Source: Alphaproteobacteria bacterium
Lineage (GTDB): Bacteria; Pseudomonadota; Alphaproteobacteria; SP197
Direction of reading: 5' to 3'
Assembly: GCA_965220805.1 (NCBI GenBank)
Contig: OZ244844.1
Span: 3,527,262-3,591,261, forward strand
DNA: 64,000 nt
This document shows, piece after piece, positions 61,407-64,000 of the stretch (its first letter is position 1; the number at the start of each line of letters is the position of its first letter). The notes under the pieces were generated by a model. The model worked only from the letters and a program-made list of their open reading frames with translations. It was not told where the DNA came from and made no database searches. The translations under genes were made by a program, and so were the position numbers.

Positions 61407-62033
61407 TCATGTTCCGCACAGCCGGTCGCCGGCATCTCCGAGTCCGGGCACCAGATAGCCGTGATCGTCCAGACATTTGTCGATGGCGGCCGTGAAGACC
61501 GAGACGTCCGGATGGGTCTTCGCCACAGTGTCGATCCCCTCGGGTGCGGCCAGCAGGGACATCAGCCGGATACTGCGGGCGGAGGCGCCTTTCAGCCGTG
61601 ACAACGCAGCGGATGCGGTGTTGCCTGTTCCCAGCATCGGATCGAGAACGACGACCGGCCTGTCGGCAACCTGGGGCGGCACCTTGAAGCAGTATTCGTT
61701 TGCCTGAAGCGTACGCGGGTCCCGCACCAGTCCGATGTATCCGACGGGGGCTGACGGCACCAGTTCGAGCATGCCGTCGAGCAATCCGTTGCCGGCACGC
61801 AGGATCGAGATCAGGACCGGTTCTCCTGTCTTGAGAAACGGTGCCTCCATCCTGGCAAGCGGCGTCTCGATGGTGCGCTCCACGAGGTCCAGATCACGCA
61901 GGACCTCGTAGCCGACCATCACGGCGAGTTCACGCATGAGCCGACGGAAGGGGTGGCTTTCTGTTTCCTTGGAACGCAAAAGGGAGAGCTTGTGCTGAAC
62001 CAGCGGATGATCAATCACGGCAACGCCTGGCAT
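61407..62033 (-). CDS. upp: Uracil phosphoribosyltransferase
   Basis: VIDHPLVQHKLSLLR N-terminus, LDPMLGTGNTA PRPP loop, YLVPGLGDAGDR C-terminus. Confidence 0.95.
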   Translation of the reverse strand: MPGVAVIDHPLVQHKLSLLRSKETESHPFRRLMRELAVMVGYEVLRDLDLVERTIETPLARMEAPFLKTGEPVLISILRAGNGLLDGMLELVPSAPVGYIGLVRDPRTLQANEYCFKVPPQVADRPVVVLDPMLGTGNTASAALSRLKGASARSIRLMSLLAAPEGIDTVAKTHPDVSVFTAAIDKCLDDHGYLVPGLGDAGDRLCGT

Positions 62034-62148
62034 GGAATCCTCCCTCCCCGCTGCCGGCGTCCCCAGATTTCGTTCTGGCCAATTGACCGGCGGTCAAAAT
62101 ACAACCCAGACTTGCGGGCCACTCTACCAATGTCACCGGAGCACTGTC

Positions 62149-64000
62149 TTGACCGGGTCCCTGAATCGATCCACCGCCCCTGGCAGGCGTCTCTTCAGTT
62201 TCGGCGTCATCACCGACACCCACGTCAACCAGGGTGAGGACGAGACGAATTCGCCGTTCGAATCAGGGCGCCTTGCCAACCGGCGCATGCGCCATGTCAT
62301 CCGGGAACTCAATGCGCGCGACCTTGCCTTTGTCGTCCACGTCGGCGACATCGTCCACCCTGTTCCGGCGATCCCGGGACTCTACGCCGACGCGGCCCGG
62401 CGCTTTTTCGAGGTGTTCGATACGCTGCGCCATCCTGCCTGGCTCACGCCCGGCAACCACGATGTCGGTGACAAGCCCAACGACTGGGCTCCTGCCGCCC
62501 GGATCAACGAGGATCATCTCGCCCTGTGGCAACACCATTTCGGTGACCAGTTCACGTCGTTTGATCACCAGGAGTGTCATTTCGTCATCATCAACGCCCA
62601 GGTCATCAACTCGCACCTGGAGGCCGAGGAACGCCAGCGTGCCTGGCTGGAAGCCGATCTCCGCAATCACCATGGCCGGCGCATCTTCCTTTTCAGCCAC
62701 TATCCGCCCTGTCTCATGCACGCGGACGAGGAAGAGACCTATGACAACATCGGCGAACCCGGTCGCTCATGGCTCCTCGATCTCGCCCGACAGCACCGGG
62801 TCGAAGCCCTGATTGCCGGGCATGTTCACAACTTCTGGTACCTCCGGCTCGACACCACCGACTGCTACATCCTGCCATCGACCGCCTTCGTGCGCTTTGA
62901 CTACGCCGAGATGCTGAGGGCCTCGCCGGGCGCTGAAACCGAGTTCGGACGCAACGACCGGCCCAAGCTCGGCTATGCGATCTGTCATGTCCACGAGGAC
63001 GGGCACATGGTCGAGATCGTGCGCACGTGGGGAAACACCCTCGACGCCGGTCCGCCGGCGGAAACACGACCGGAGTATCGTCTCGCCGCCATCCATCCGC
63101 GCCAGAACAGGCGTGCCGCATTCGGGTTCGACATGCGCCACAACTGGATGGAAATCGTCGAGATTCCTCCCACCGGCGGTCTCGACGAGTTTGACCGCAA
63201 GACGGTGCGCAATGACTACCCGCTGCTCGCCCTATGGGACATGGCGGTGCGACCGTTGAGGGTACCTGTGCGCGATCTCGTGAACGAGGCGAACGTTGCG
63301 CGAATGAACGTGCTGGCAGAACACGGACACCTCTTCACGCTCATGTCGTTCGGCGCCCCCACCGGCGACCTGATGGGGCGCCTCATGGCCCATCGTGACC
63401 TCTTCCGGACCTGGGACGTTGCCATCAATCCCGAAGTCATCGATCGTGACATAGGTCCCATTGCCTCTGCCGCCACCCGGGCCAGTGTCCCCCTCGTCCT
63501 GTCACGCCTGCGCTCGATCGACGAACAACGCGCCGAGGCGGGCAAGTACTACCACTCGATCAACCAGGGGTTCCTCGTCCGTGACACGGAAGAAATCGCC
63601 ACGATCGCAAGGCTGCCCGAACTCGATGGCGTGCTCGCCGGCGTGGTCTTCCGCCTCACCCTCGACATGCCGGTCTGGGAAACGGTGGCAGCGGCCAGCG
63701 CCGTGGCGACCGGCCTTGGCCTCAAGGCCCATGTCCACATGCGCATGGCCGGAACCAGTCCGGCCAGCCCGGTCATGGACGACACCCTAACCGTCAAGCG
63801 GATTGCCGAGGCGATGGCGGCCGCAGTGTCCTTTGCCAATGTCACCGTGTTCGCAGACACCCTGGTCGACATCGACCGGGGCTACTTCCCCCGATCGGGT
63901 GTTCTCGACCGTCTCTGCAATCCGCGTCCCGGCTACCACGTGGTGCGCCACATGCATGCGGCCCTCGACATCGTCGACGACGGGGTTTCGCCTTGCGCCG
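62149..64000 (+). CDS. Metallophosphoesterase fused to a large uncharacterised C-terminal region; 3' end outside the window (ORF absent from the supplied track)
   Basis: I translated frame 1 by hand from 62149 to the window end (617 codons) and found no stop. All five calcineurin-like motifs are in order (GVITDTH, HVGDIVH, TPGNHD, LFSHYPP, IAGHVHN). Proposed TTG start at 62149 has GGAG 7 nt upstream. Confidence 0.75.
   Translation, partial: MTGSLNRSTAPGRRLFSFGVITDTHVNQGEDETNSPFESGRLANRRMRHVIRELNARDLAFVVHVGDIVHPVPAIPGLYADAARRFFEVFDTLRHPAWLTPGNHDVGDKPNDWAPAARINEDHLALWQHHFGDQFTSFDHQECHFVIINAQVINSHLEAEERQRAWLEADLRNHHGRRIFLFSHYPPCLMHADEEETYDNIGEPGRSWLLDLARQHRVEALIAGHVHNFWYLRLDTTDCYILPSTAFVRFDYAEMLRASPGAETEFGRNDRPKLGYAICHVHEDGHMVEIVRTWGNTLDAGPPAETRPEYRLAAIHPRQNRRAAFGFDMRHNWMEIVEIPPTGGLDEFDRKTVRNDYPLLALWDMAVRPLRVPVRDLVNEANVARMNVLAEHGHLFTLMSFGAPTGDLMGRLMAHRDLFRTWDVAINPEVIDRDIGPIASAATRASVPLVLSRLRSIDEQRAEAGKYYHSINQGFLVRDTEEIATIARLPELDGVLAGVVFRLTLDMPVWETVAAASAVATGLGLKAHVHMRMAGTSPASPVMDDTLTVKRIAEAMAAAVSFANVTVFADTLVDIDRGYFPRSGVLDRLCNPRPGYHVVRHMHAALDIVDDGVSPCA

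Noticed and set aside
1-64000. CRISPR arrays, rRNA/tRNA genes, prophage or known anti-phage defence modules (nuclease/helicase/reverse-transcriptase/STAND-ATPase combinations)
   Set aside because: No regularly spaced short repeats were seen, and no structural RNA signatures could be folded. Every large ORF could be assigned to a metabolic, transport or housekeeping family. This was a visual scan only, so an Infernal, tRNAscan or DefenseFinder run would be decisive.

Overview
A visibly GC-rich, gene-dense (about 55 genes) chromosomal segment that looks alphaproteobacterial. The evidence is synteny: ffh next to dapF-mtaB-ftsY, a thrC / M16 peptidase / GNAT run, murJ, dxs with hopanoid hpnD-hpnE, and upp. 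No rRNA, tRNA, CRISPR array, transposase or integrase was found. Housekeeping genes are interleaved with accessory catabolic and transport modules.

(1) 1.2-10.7 kb is a rearranged locus. It holds a stand-alone carrier protein, an Sfp-type PPTase, a possible ketosynthase N-terminal remnant, and two about 97 % identical alpha/beta-hydrolase paralogues. These form a 1.1-kb direct repeat around a Rieske oxygenase, a 107-aa unknown protein and a small secreted protein.

(2) Two ABC importers are present (polyamine-type and yejABEF-type), plus three solute-binding proteins with no adjacent permease (ProX-like, TAXI-TRAP, PotF-like).

(3) A methylated-amine theme recurs: a GbcA/CntA/Stc2-type Rieske oxygenase beside a betaine-binding protein, a non-pyrrolysine MttB homologue, and a compact island at 27-35 kb. 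I rate this island the best candidate for an undescribed pathway. It has an ADP-forming acyl-CoA synthetase divergent from CaiD-like crotonase, TMADH-family flavoprotein, PhyH-type dioxygenase, prolyl-aminopeptidase-like hydrolase and SDR.

(4) An ORF missing from the supplied track runs off the 3' edge: a metallophosphoesterase fused to a large unknown domain.

All family calls come from motif recognition and recalled sequences, not from searches. Coordinates of starts are best guesses.
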